Shown piece by piece: positions 13,880-26,277 of a stretch of DNA of 64,000 nt; positions within the stretch are counted from its first letter, which is position 1; the number at the start of each line of letters is the position of its first letter. Made by a program: the position numbers and the translations under genes. The stretch is from Sphaerodactylus townsendi (lineage: Eukaryota), in NCBI RefSeq assembly GCF_021028975.2, contig NC_059430.1, positions 72,292,001 to 72,356,000 on the forward strand. The letters run 5' to 3'. The notes under the pieces are model-generated. The model searched no databases, had not been told where the DNA came from, and saw nothing but the letters and a program-made list of their open reading frames with translations.

Positions 13880-14060
13880 ATAGGTTGCAGCCATTGATGG
13901 CCCTTTCTCCATGAATCTATTTAATTCTCCTTTAAAGGTCTCTATGCTTGTGGGCATTACCACATCCAATAGTAGTGAATTCCACAATTTAGTTACTTGC
14001 TGAGTGAATGAATACTTCCTTTTATCTGCCCTAAATCTACTGCCCATCAACCTTATAGGG
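13880..14060 (-). mobile_element. CR1-clade LINE ORF2 C-terminal fragment
   Basis: PIRLMGSRFRADKRKYSFTQQVTKLWNSLLLDVV...FKGELNRFM matches the F.xR...WNxLP..VV..FK..LD terminus of CR1/L2 ORF2. Confidence 0.75.
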
Positions 14061-15308
14061 GAAATTAAGCACTTGAAGTGCTTAAACTTGACCAAATACA
14101 CAAAATGCCTTTAGGGCAATAGTAGAACAGCTGCAATGCACAAGGTTCTTTTATTTCCCACATGTGGTAAGCTTGTAAGGTCATATTTCAATTCTGGACA
14201 GAAACTTCAAGAGATTAAGGAAGTAGCACCACATAGTCTTAACCCCAACCTAATATTTCTTTGTTTCCTGAAGATCCAAAACATTTTCATTGCACAAAGA
14301 GTTAATAGCAAGCTACTACTCCATGTACACTGAGTGTTCAGTATCAGAATATGGGAAATTGCTCTTATGGAAAATCTAATGTATCATTTAAAATTATTTA
14401 GAGTTGAATTACCTGGCATCTTTCAAACAAAGTAATATTAATTCAGTAAGGGTGAAAATAGAGATTCTCCTCTTAATGACTTGCACAACTTTTTGAACTG
14501 ATTTTATCCTCATATAAAGTAAAAAAAATCCACCACCTGCTATTATTATCCCCTTGTTTCCAGTTTTTAAATGTAAAGACATAACTTGAAATAATGCAGT
14601 GACTCATTTTTTTAATATATCTTCCAGACTTTTCCTGACACCAGGCAGGAAAGAAGCAGTTTAAATACATCTCTTTCAGTACAAAAAATGGTTTAATTTT
14701 TTTACAGTAAATGGGTAGGCTGCAAGCTGATAATTTGCCAAAGGGCACATAATTTGCACTTTGTGCTGGCACCTGAACTTGAGTGTCTTACATGTAAATC
14801 CAGTACTCATTTATCTGCAGAAGATAATCTCTATGTCCTGTTTTGGCAACCTACAAGCCACCATGCTGCCCCCCTATACTGGTAGCACTAATAGACAATG
14901 GCTGCTTTTCTTAGCCAAAGAAAATAAAAAGTTACTGTAGAGAACTGCAAAAGAACCTGGTCCATGTTCCATAGAAAGGAAAGTATCTTAAAAGCTTATG
15001 CCCTAATAAATGTGTTAGTGTTTTAAGTGACACAATACTCTTGATTTAAAGAGCGTGCTCCCTGTTTACAATATATGTTTGCACTTAAGTGATGATGACA
15101 TTTATTGGAAGCACGTTAATAAGTAGAGGGTCTATTTTTCTAGTTGCTGCTTCCACATGTTGTGAAACCATTTTTGGATCGGGGGAAAATCAGGTGATTT
15201 TAGAACATGGGAATAAGGAAGTGCAAAAGAAGAGAGGAAGGTGAAAACTAGGATCTCAAAAGAGTTTCTAAAAGCGACTGTAATGTTTGCTAGTATACCA
15301 AATCCAAT

Positions 15309-15338
15309 TTAATAATAATAATAATAATAACAATAATA
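15309..15338. repeat. (AAT)n microsatellite
   Basis: taataataataataataataacaataatag. Confidence 0.9.
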
Positions 15339-16279
15339 GTTTGTCATTAATAATAGCCATAAATGCTGGGAAATTGATGCTTTTTCATATCTGAAAAGAA
15401 TGATTAGAGGACAAAAATAAAGAACATTTGTTAAAAGAATGCTGTTGTCACAGAGCATAGTCATGATAACCTTTATTGTATACCATATTAATATTTGTTT
15501 GTTCAGGCAACCCCTGCTGTTTGCCCACACAAGGTCATCTGCAACCTTAACAGTAAACTTCCCCCACCTCATTGGTATTGATGCTTCAAAAGAAATCTCA
15601 CTTCTCCCCAGTAGGTCCGGTGGCATTTCATGTACAATCGGCTGAAGTTAAAAATTAATTACTCTTCCAACATATTGATTACATGACTATAAACATAAAA
15701 GGCACAGTCCAGAACAATGTACACTGACCCACTGTTGAAACAGTGAGATTGTTTTCAAAAGGAAACTAATTAAGGTTTCAAAAATCAGACTCTTTGCAGC
15801 TGAGATAGAGATGAAAATTAAATCAACAGTGCCCTCTAGAGTATGTGCCCCCTACTAAACAAAAGATAGTTCTCAAACATCAGTCCTGAAGTTCAGACAA
15901 TGCTAAGTGTGTTGGATACTTAATTTGCAACTACATGCAAATAAGAAGAAACATTTTTAAAAGGCAAAAATGCTAATTTGTGTTTTACCAGTAAACTACT
16001 TGAACAGATGCCTTGGTAAAGTTTGCTAGCCACAGTATATAAGTACATTAACTACACATCTAATTCATGCAGCCATAGTGGAGTGTGCAATCAGATGATG
16101 AAGAATCAATAACAGTTGAACTGAAACAGTTCATCTGGCAGAATGACAATTACATTTATTGGGAGGGGGGTTGCTATTTAAAGAATGCTAAATTTTATAT
16201 TTTCTATATTCTATATTTTTCATATTCTATATTTCCATACACAAAAGTCGCATGAAATATTTGAGTTTTACTTGTGGAG

Positions 16280-18900
16280 ATCAGCATTATGCCCTTCGGT
16301 TCAGCTACAGCACCTTGAATATTTACCAAATGCCTTTTATCAGTAGTCACCCACTTAACCCTACAAATTTGCACCCTATTTTCATACTTGGATGATTGGA
16401 TATTGGTGGGTGATTCTAGATACACACTACCCCAACAAATTTTCATAACCATCCACACTTCGGAGAGTATGGGTTTTATAATGAACTACAAGAAATCCGA
16501 TAGCCAACCTAAGACACTTGAATTTATCAGTACCCGCTTAGATTCAGTGTTGACTAGGACATTCTGGCCACTGCAGAGTGTGATGGCCATTGGCAAGCCA
16601 GTACACGAATTCTCCATTAATAGGTTTCAGAGGACATTGTATAACCAGAACTTGTTGGGTTTGATGGCTTCCACCATGTCAGTGGTTGCATATGTCAGAC
16701 TCCACATGGAATCCCTTCAAAACTGGTTCCTGCGGAAGTTTAATACCAACTCAAACCCACACTCAAAGGCTATAATTATCAATTCTGACACCAGTTATTC
16801 ACTCTTTGACTTGGTGGGCTGATCAGTAAGAAGTACCATGACCTACAACTTTTCACTGATGCCTCTCTGTTAGGTTAAGCAGTGGTTTACACACAAAGGA
16901 GTCTTGATAATTGGCAGAATCTAAATATCACATTAATTTGTTGAAGCAGGCTATTAGACTTGCTCTCATTTCTCAGCGTTGATGTCTGGGAAGTCCCTAT
17001 TGATTGCCACAGGCAATACCACAGCAAAATTTTACATTTCCAAGACAACATATTATTAGATGCTTTAAGCAGAAACCAAGAGGATCACCACAAGTGGTCC
17101 CTTAATATCAAATAATTGGATCCTATATTCCCACAGTTGGGACACCTTCATGTAGACCTGCTGTGCCACACAACATTGCCAAATGCCCCAATTTCTGTTC
17201 CAGAAAAGCCCTGGAAGAACATTCCAAGGGGCATACATTTCAGTTCAAATGGGGAAAGGGTTACCTGTACTCTATCCCACTATGCCCTCTATTGGGCAAA
17301 GTTATGGCCAAGACAAGGACATAGGTAAGGGGGGGTTCGGGTTCAACCCCCCCCCATTACATGTCCGAAGCTCTGCCCCCCATTTGTGGGATTTTTTGTA
17401 TTTTAGGTGTTTTTTGGTTTTTGGTCTGCAGGGGGCACATTTTAGGCTAACAGCACCAAAATTTCAGGGATTTTTTGGGAGACTCTCTTGATGATACCAC
17501 CCAGGTTTGGTGAGGTTTGGCTCAGTGGGTCCAAAGTTATGGACTCCCAAAGGGGGTGCCCCATCCCCCATTGTTTCCAGTGGGAGCTAATAGGAGATGG
17601 GGACTACACATTTGAGGGTCCATAACTTTGGACTCCCTGAACCAAACTTCACCAAACCTGGGTGGTATCATCAGGAGAGTCTCCTAAAGGTACCCTGAAA
17701 GTTTGGTGCTGCTAGCTTAACAATTTCACCCCTGACAGTAGGCACCCCCCAAATTTCCCCAGATTCTCTTTTTAAATCCACCCCCTTCAGCATGGATTTC
17801 AAGGGAGAATCTGAGATCCCCAGTTTAAACATTGTAAGTGAAGCTGTTTCAGGGTGGGGGAGATTCCACCCCAAAACAGCATCACTTTCCATGTTGTTTT
17901 AACTGGGGACCCCAGATTCTCCCTTGAAGGTGGATTTAAAAGGAGAATCTGGGCTCCCTAGTTTAAACACCATTGAAAGTGATGCTGTTTGGGGGTGGAT
18001 TCCAGCATCACAGCAGCTGCCCAAGAGGGGTGGGGAGAGACTCAGATTTTGCACTGGGCTCCCTTTTCTCTAGCTACATCTCTGCCCAGAGGGGAGGGCA
18101 GAAGGGACTACTGGCTGCCGGCTGGGAGCCTAGCCAGTGGGGGGGGGGGTGCAGGGCGGGCGGGGCAGGGGAATCTGTCATACCTGGAATCTGCTTTTAT
18201 AACCACTGAGGGGAATCTGCTTTTATAAAAACTGAGACCGGGACTTGGGGAGGCATGGCCACACCCCAGGTGTGGGTGGGGGCATGGCCCCCCATAAAAA
18301 ATCTATACCTACATCACTGAACCAAGATAAAGGCAGACAACTCAAATTGCATTTTACTTACTGACACAAGAGGAAAAGGTTACCACCCTCTGAAACTTAG
18401 CCAAGGGAAATTTCAACTCTCTCCTCAGCTAGGTAATCGGACCTTCAAATCGCCGAAAGTCCATACCTGAGCCAGGTAAAACGTCTTTTTCCTGGCGCAC
18501 CAGGCCATGAAGCTGGCTGTGTTTAACTGTCACCCTTAGAATGTTCATGCAGCCTGTCTGTCTGTGGCCTGAGGGCTTGGTATGAGGGCTTAGAATGTTC
18601 ATGCAGATGGGCAGAGATGAGCAATAAACAGTAAATAGGTAATACTGTTAGGTAATACGAGTGGAAGGGAGGGTGTCAGTTCAGTCACTGTCATGATGGG
18701 TCACATCATTGATACAATGAAGGTACATTAAAGCAAAAGGTTGATTAGAATATATTAAAGTGAAGGTACAAGTCACAGCACACTCTACTAGAGTTCAAGC
18801 ATCATCAGCCACTTTCAGTTCCAATATAGATCTCAGAAATATCTGCAGGACAGCAACATGGTTATTTCCCTCCATGTTCATCAAACATTAATCCATGGAT
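16280..18900 (+). mobile_element. DIRS-type tyrosine-recombinase retrotransposon remnant, interrupted by a hAT insertion
   Basis: RT motifs MPFGSATAP*IFTK and YLDDWIL..GFIMNYKKS; RNase H motifs TDASLLG (about 16855) and DALSR (about 17059); recombinase motifs AHSTR (18778-18792) and ICRTATW..FIKH (from 18841); stops and frameshifts throughout. Confidence 0.8.
17314..18319. mobile_element. hAT-like non-autonomous DNA transposon nested in the DIRS remnant
   Basis: Ends caaggacataggta / tacctacatcactg; near-TSD ggccaaga / aaccaaga (6 of 8 match); about 110-bp internal inverted repeat at 17440-17560 vs 17611-17720. Confidence 0.7.
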
Positions 18901-20229
18901 GTTGATTCCAGAAATTAAGCATCTGCGGGGATAGCAGTCCTGCAGTCACTATTTAAATGAGCAGTCCCTCTCTTATCTCCTTTGCTGCTTGGGTCTGGGC
19001 ACAACAGGGTAACAAATGACTGAGGCAGCCAGGGAGTAGTTGCACAGGTTAAGCACCTCAGGTGCCTAGGCAGGTGGTATGAGGTAGTGCAAGTCCAGCA
19101 CATCCCCTGGCAGGGCAGCCTAAGGAGTGGGGAAGTGGAACATGCTCCTGCTGGGTCTGATGTAATCTGTGTAATCAGCTGAGCAAACCCTAGTGGGGAA
19201 ATACTGCCCCATGCCCCCGGGCTATTTAATAATCCAGGGAGTCCTGACCCTTGGTTTCCATGAGTGAGTTCTGTCCCTACCATGCTTTGGGATCTAACTT
19301 GCCAAGTTTCAGAAGAGTCTTGCCACATTTGGGCAGTGGGTTCTGTTTCACCATCTATGCGAGAAGTCTTTTTGCCCCACAGGGCACTAAGCGATCTGGC
19401 CCATTTTGTTTGTGCCGTTTTTCTTCTGAGCAGACAGGTGACTAGCAGAGTTTAAACTCCCTGTGGGATTGCTGGAAGTCAAAAGAGGCATTGGTGCCTT
19501 CCAAGGGGTCTTCCCAACTGTTCCCTGGGTGGAGGAAGCCCTGGCCATTGCAGCTCTGGCCGCCTCAGCTGCTGATTGGGTAACACTCTCCCGTTTGGGA
19601 GAGAAGGAAACTTTGGCCATCTTGTGGCGTTTTGCGCCAAAACGGAGCTAAAACGGAGTCTCCAGTTGTTCTGCAAAAAGTACCTGTTTCGCTCAGCCAA
19701 GGTGAAATGTGGCTATTCGGGGGTGGGGGTGGGAGATGCAACAGAAATAACACAGCAGAAGGGTAGACAAAGACAAAGAAACACTAGGAAGGACAGCTAT
19801 AGATGAACAGAGTTCAATCAAACAGCTTAGCTATGGAGCTCTGAAAAAGCCTTGCTCTCCTAATAGAGGCAGGAATAAAACTGGAGAGAAGAGGGAGCAG
19901 AGGACAGCAAAGGACGTGACGAAAATTCAGTTCTGACTCCTGAAGATAGAGGAAGAAAATCCCATATGAGATGTCCTCCGCCTCCAGGAGAATACATATA
20001 TTTTCTCAATGTATATACAACACACATTTGGGCATTATAACTTCCGGTTAGGTTATTATTTCAGATCACCTTCTTCAAGCCCAATTCCTGAAAGTATGAA
20101 AATATTTCAAAAACAGCTGGTTTCCTGTTCAGGTCTTCAATGAGGAGCAATAAAGCTTCCAACAAGAGTAATTTAAAGAGTTCACACTCTTGAGAAGCAC
20201 CTGCTTGAGTTACAGGAATGGTGAAAGAT

Positions 20230-20960
20230 CCAAAGCCTAATTAAGTCCTCCAGAGTAAATGGTTCCCAACTCAAAGACAAACTTTGTTTCCATGCTCGTC
20301 AATAGTCCCTTAATGTCTGTGGAAGAATCACAAGGCTCCAGAATTGCAAGGGCCACAAACCTAAGAGATTCTGGCACGTGATTTTCTTTAACAAAATTTT
20401 CCACAAGAGGCATGTCCAGAAATTTATTCCGGATCCTTGATGTGTTCTAGGTGTGATCTGTGACCCAGATCTTGCATGAAATTTGTCCAGTGTACAAAAG
20501 CCCCCACAGGCATTTAATAATATATGCTGGATGAGAGGAATTATTGTTGGTGAAGCTCTTCAATGGGTTAGACCAGCCTTTCTCTTCAATTTCAATGACT
20601 TTACATTCCCACATCATTTTGCATACTGTTGTTTGTACCTTTTATCATCTCTAATCAACAAGTTACCTAAACAGGAAGTCTTTCTTAGACCCGCAAGGGG
20701 AGGTAGGCATCCTGAGAAATCTTGTATAATGGGCCAGTACTTAGAGATAGTTTTCTTGATGCCATCACTCAATTCAGTAAAATCAAAGGAGACACTGATT
20801 CTCTGAATATTAGTTTTCATCTTAGGTATTAACAGCTGTGTTCTTTCAACCTGATCAGCTTTCATCCTTGTTTAGAAACTGAGCCTGGATTATTACCTGA
20901 CCACAGATACCCACCTTATCAGCTGCTCTTTTGTAATCCCTATTGGGTATTAACTACCCA
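20230..20960 (-). mobile_element. Penelope-like element remnant (GIY-YIG endonuclease C-terminal region)
   Basis: Minus strand gives IKKTISKYWPII..LPPLAGLRKTSCLGNLLIR (linker), a frameshifted YIIKC..GQ..RIRNK segment, and the terminus LLTSMETKFVFELGTIYSGGLN*, typical of the PLE E..(W/F)I..L.T....GLN end. Confidence 0.7.
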
Positions 20961-21779
20961 CATTTCAAATAAATTAATTCTGTTCCTCTTTAATCTTCTG
21001 TGTATTTATTCCTTAACCATCTATTGGCTATCAGTACCTCCCATGGGAAGGTGGAGGAGAACCTATTTCAGTGAGGGTGGGTCAGGGGAATCATGCAAAA
21101 GCCTGTTTTACTCATCAGTTGTTCTCAAGTATCTATTATGCTTTCATTAGTGGTTGATGTTGTCAATGCTGCTATCTAGAAATACTGATTTAACCAGGCA
21201 AACAGCTTTTACTGAAAAGCCCAGCCACAAAATAAGACTGAAAGGTGGAATGCTGCTATGGTAATTCCTGTTAGTCTAACTTAATCCCTTTGTCCAGCTG
21301 TTGAAACTGGCAGAAGCAAAATAAGCATCATTTGACCTTTCAGCTTGATGATGGCTTTTGTCCTGATCTGTTCTTTGTAATAAATGTCTCCATTTCATAT
21401 AATGAGATTTATTTCCCTGTGGTTTGCCTCAGGCCTCTTTCAATTGCTTTTGCATTCCACTGGGGACTCAGATTTAGAGAAGACTCTTAGGATACAAGTT
21501 TTAACAGCTCTTTTCTCAGGAAAATTTTCTACATGAGCAACATGGTGAAATAATGTATTTTCAGATATTCCTTCTGAAGTGCATGTAGCCTTTTGTTCTA
21601 ACCGTGTAAATATCCAGCCACATACATTTAGCTTTGAGTCTAAACATACAAACTTGGTAGAATGTAGGATAGATTTCAAATTATTATTAATAGGCACAAC
21701 CAGCTGAAGTTAACCATATCCAGGTCCTATTGGGAGAACATACCAAAACTGCCTATTAATAGCCACAATAATCTAGTCA

Positions 21780-21950
21780 CTAGAGTGGTGATCTTGAACA
21801 AGAGAGGCCTGGACTCAAAGCTCACTGGGCTCCATTGGGTCCAGTCATTATCTTTCAACCTAACCTTCCACATAAGGTTGTTATCAGTATAAACTTAGGA
21901 AATCTCTTGCATGCTGCCTTGGGTGTAAAGATGAATACAAATATCAAACA
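21780..21950 (+). mobile_element. Old Ther1/Squam3-like SINE fragment
   Basis: ccagtcattatctttcaacctaaccttccacataaggttgtt resembles the core of the Squam3-like copies in this window. Confidence 0.35.
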
Positions 21951-22122
21951 GATATGATAATCAATGTTTAACAGTATATTCACCAAACCACCATGGATAT
22001 TCAACTAGCACTACCTGTTAATCGTCTCTCCAACTACATTTTGCTCAGGATGCTTGCAAGTGATGTCAGCTTTTGTCTCAGTGCCTTTTATATGGTTTCC
22101 CAGCCATATGGGATTCCACATA

Positions 22123-22727
22123 TCGTATAAACTCGCGTATAATCCAAATTTTCCAGCCTTTTTTAAGGCTGAAAAATGCCCCCCTCAGCTTATATGCAGG
22201 TCACACACACACCCCGCGCGGAGTCACAGCGCTTACTCATGCGTCGCGAATCCTCGTCCCCCTCTCTAACTCAGCTTTCTTTTTTGCAGGCTCTAAGTTT
22301 AAGGCGTGGTTTCAGGGAAGCTCCCGGCTTTCTTTCTTGCAGGCTCTAAGTCTACAGGGAAGCTGCCGCTCAGGGCAGCCTGTTCTATGGTTTTCTTAAA
22401 AGGGCTTGCCTTTGAGCCTGCCAAAAAGAATGCTGAGTTAGAGAGGGGGACGAGGCATTCTCTGCTTTGCTTTCTCCTGCCTTCAGCCACTTTCCCTCTC
22501 CCCAGACCCGTGCGCGCCTGCCTCGCCCCTCCTTAAAAAGCTCCCCATAGGCTTCTGGGGTGCTCCTTTCCTCCAGCTGTGGCTCCTTTGCCGGCTCAGC
22601 ACCCTGCCTCCTGATGGATCTTTCCCTCCCTCGACTTATACGCGTGTCAATAAAAGTTCCAGTTTTTTGAGGTAAAATTGGATGCCTCGGCTTATATGCA
22701 GGTCGGCTTATACGCGAGTATATACGG
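22123..22727. mobile_element. Tc1/mariner-pogo non-autonomous element
   Basis: TIRs tcgtataaactcgcgtataatcc / ggcttatacgcgagtatatacgg with flanking TA dinucleotides; internal inverted repeat at 22252-22296 vs 22411-22455. Confidence 0.85.
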
Positions 22728-23169
22728 TAAGTAGCTACCTGGTAACTGGGAGAACATTTAAATGACTCAACCATGATCCAATCACACAGGTCTTTTCCAT
22801 ATGACTGGGAGAACATAATATTATATTAGTCTATCTTTGAAAACTGCAACTTTAAATGTAAAAGGCTGCATAAAGTTCCTGGATAAGCTGTCCACCTGGA
22901 TTTTATAAAATATGCTTTCTTTTAAAAATATTTAGCAAAAATATTTTTGTAGGATGCAGAACAACATCTCGAAGGCATCTTCTCAGCAATTCAACAGGAG
23001 TACATGCAGCAGCACTGAATCCTTCCTTCGTTTTACATGAAAGCCATGAACAGTTGTCATCATCAGAAATTTCCAGCAGTTTTAAGACATTCCTCTTCTA
23101 TTTCACTCTTCACAGAAACACAGATAATCAATAGTGCTCACCAGAAGGTAATTGTTAACAATCTGGGCA

Positions 23170-24770
23170 TCTTTTTTAAATACATATATATAATTGTATT
23201 TATTGAAACTTTTAATACATATAAGTAAAATAATATCACAAATGCTCTTAGGTAGCAATACAGACATCTCCCACCATTTGGTAAGAAGTCATACAGTATA
23301 GGTTTAACCATTTTGTTAAGTTACATCTTTTGTTGAATAATACCCATTACCTCCCAACTAAACCTTCTTACCAACTAAACAAACTGAACAAACAGATGGC
23401 TAATTGCTATAGGTTAAAAACAATCAAAACCAGGGTAGTACTGACAACTTCTCTAAACCCATCCCACTCCCTTACTCCCTGCAAATCACCCACCCCCTCT
23501 TAAGACTTCCCCTACAGAGCAACATAACAGTTATTCTCTTTCTCAAATAACTAAATCGTGAAATGTATGTTAACTAAGACATTAAGGCATAAGCAACTAG
23601 ATTCTTAATCACTAATCTTCTATTGTTTCTTTCTCAAAGACAATAGATTTCATATCTGAGAGAAAGATAGAAATATAATCAAAAAGTTAGTTATACTCCA
23701 GTTAATATTCTATTGGGTTAGTAACTACTTCATTTGTTTTAGAAATATACTGGAACCATGGTTGCCATATTGTATCTTAATTCTCCGATGTCCGACCTTT
23801 CAGTTGATTCGAAAGTCTATCCATGTTTGCAAAAGTTCCCATTCTTCCAACAGCGGAATTTTCTCTGTCTTCCAGTATTTTGCTAATGTTATTCGTGCTA
23901 CTGTAGTCATGTATAATAATAGGTATTCTTCTGTTTTCTGAGTCCCCCCCAATGAGGGGTCCAAAAGGTATGTGAAGGCTGTCTTTTAAAATTGTATTTT
24001 CAGCACTTTTTCTATATGTTCATGTATTAAACTCCAATAGTTTCTCACCTTACTACAGGCCCACCACATATGAAAAAAGTACCTGTTTCTTTTCTGCAAT
24101 TCCAACATGAAGGTAAGCATCCTTTCTGGCTTTTTGCAATTATTATTGGTGTTAAATAAGTTCTGTAAAACGTTTTTAATTTATTTTCCCATATGTCTGT
24201 ATTTGGTGTTAGACTGTATATATTTTTCCAAAATCTATTCCATTGTTCTAATGTAATGATGTTCCCTGTATTTTCTGCCCATTTAATCATTGTATTTTTG
24301 ACTACTTCAGTTTCTGTGTTTTGTTTTAACAAAATCTGGTATGTTTTGCATAATTCTTTTGGCCCTACATTTAATAACACTGTATCTAGTTCATTACATT
24401 CTTTCATTAAACCCCAATTCTCCTGGTATTTTAGGAAACTTTCTCTTAATTGAAAGTATGTAAACCATTGACACTGACAGTCATCTCTCATTATCAGGGT
24501 CTTTGGTTTCAAGTCTGGTTTACCTTCTTTCCAGTAAGTAGTCTCTCTATATGTAAGCCAGTTCACTTTGTTTATATTATCTTTTATTTGTAGGGCTTTC
24601 GCCCTTGAAAGTCATGGGGGTATCCCTGTATAAAATATCTTTTTATATTTTCCGCAGATTTTTATCAAAGCATCCCGTATCTGATGGTTTTTAAATATTT
24701 GTCTCCTTCTTTTCTACTTGAATCTGATGGCCATAAATAAACATGCCATCCTTTATTAAACCATCTGGGC
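23170..24770 (-). mobile_element. L1-clade LINE 3' portion
   Basis: Minus ORF 24045-24566 ..KWAENTG..QWNRFWK..FYRTYLTP..CWNCRKETGTF(FHMW), the ORF2 C-terminal zinc-knuckle region; A-rich minus strand; 3' UTR with AATAAA near 23200. Confidence 0.8.
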
Positions 24771-24935
24771 ATTCTGACAACACATATACTCTCATTCAGT
24801 CCTTAGAACAGCCTGGTGTTCACCATAGGAGTTGTTCAGATGCTAGAATTGATTCATAAGACTGCTGTGATTAAGATGGTGGCCGTTTTCTCATGCAGTT
24901 AGTTCTCAGATGGACTTCACTATTTTAGTACAATA

Positions 24936-25864
24936 CTAGCACTAAAGCCCATTGTAGGGAACAATGCAATGGGCTCTAGCAAAGGGGGGGCAAGCATGCA
25001 TCACACCCCGCAATGGGATTCTTTCATGCTTTACCCGCCTCACCCCCCTTACTGTCCTGCTTCCTACATACCTGGTGTTGATGCCCTGGTCATAGGACTC
25101 TGGTAAGTGTGAAAGGCTTGTGGGAGGAGGTAGGGAACAGGTTTGCTTGGGGTGGGAGGGGAATGGGGTTGTTCAGGGTGGTGGGAGGATGGAGGGAACT
25201 AGGAGGCTGATTACAAGCCTGGCAGATCCAGCTGAGTGGTTTGTGGGGATAGCGAGAGGGCAAAGGAAGCAACAGAGTGGTTGCAGGTGGGGAAAGTGGC
25301 AGTGGGGCCGATGGCAAGAGAGGCTTCCTGGCACCCTGGCTGCCAGGCTGGACTTGCTACTGGGTCAAGGGAAGGCTGGTGGAAGGGGCTGACAGGAAGG
25401 GCAGCTTCCTGACACCCTGGCTGCTGGGCTGGGCTTGCTATGTGGTAAGAGGGCAGGGGGGAAGCGGGAGGGTGGTTGCGGGTAGAGAGAGTAGCAACAG
25501 ACCCAGCAGGAAGGGTGGCTTCCTGGTAACCTGGCTGCCAGACCAGGCTTGCTGCTGGGTTGGGGGAAGACGGGTGGGAGAGTCTGGTGAAAAGGGCAGC
25601 TTTCCCGGTCTCTGGCCTCTGAGCCAGGCTTGCTGCATGATGAGAGAGCAGGGGGAAGGAGGATGGTTGCAGGTGGGGAGAATGGTGGCAGGCCAAGTGG
25701 GAAGGGCAGCTTCACAGAGCTCTGGCTGTCTGGCTGGGCTTGCAAGGGATGGATGTCCCACCAATGGGTGCGCAAGACTCAGTTCTGAGCACCAATTGGT
25801 GGGGGTTTCATCATCAGAACACGACAACTGGTGAACGTTTAGAGAACTATATATGGCAAAATGA
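24936..25864 (-). mobile_element. Non-autonomous Helitron with internal tandem repeats
   Basis: On the minus strand: A|TC 5' end, subterminal hairpin agcccattg (24946-24954) / caatgggct (24967-24975), CTAG|T 3' end; G-rich repeats of about 100-135 bp at 25270-25750. Confidence 0.7.
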
Positions 25865-26277
25865 TGTTGAAGAAAAACTCAAGAATCCAGCTAATAATGT
25901 ATGACAACTGGTAGCAACTACCAATCATTAGAAAATATAATCCCTTTCCTACATTTACGAACATAAAGTCACATACAACTAAATAAACATGTAATTTCGG
26001 TTTCTTTCATTGTTTAAAATATCCCCAATTTCAAACAAACTCACAAGAAAATGTACCTTTTTTAAAATTCTACTGTTCGAAAACTATGATGTGTACAACG
26101 ACATACACATTCTTCAAAAAACTGTTTTCACAAAGAACAATTTAGATAACCAGTACTGAACATGATTTAGATGCCTAGTACTATAGAAAATTAACTAGAA
26201 CTATTCTTAATGATGCAACTGAACATTCAGCTGTTGATATGAATGGATCCAAAAGGAAAGTCCAAACTTGTTTGATG

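Noticed and set aside
14470-14780. Possible intergenic enhancer with AP-1 TGACTCA (14600-14606) and GATA motifs
   Set aside because: Short motifs are expected by chance; conservation cannot be assessed here.
25090-25834. Cluster of 130-185 aa overlapping ORFs
   Set aside because: Products of a GC-rich tandem repeat inside a Helitron; no recognisable domain.
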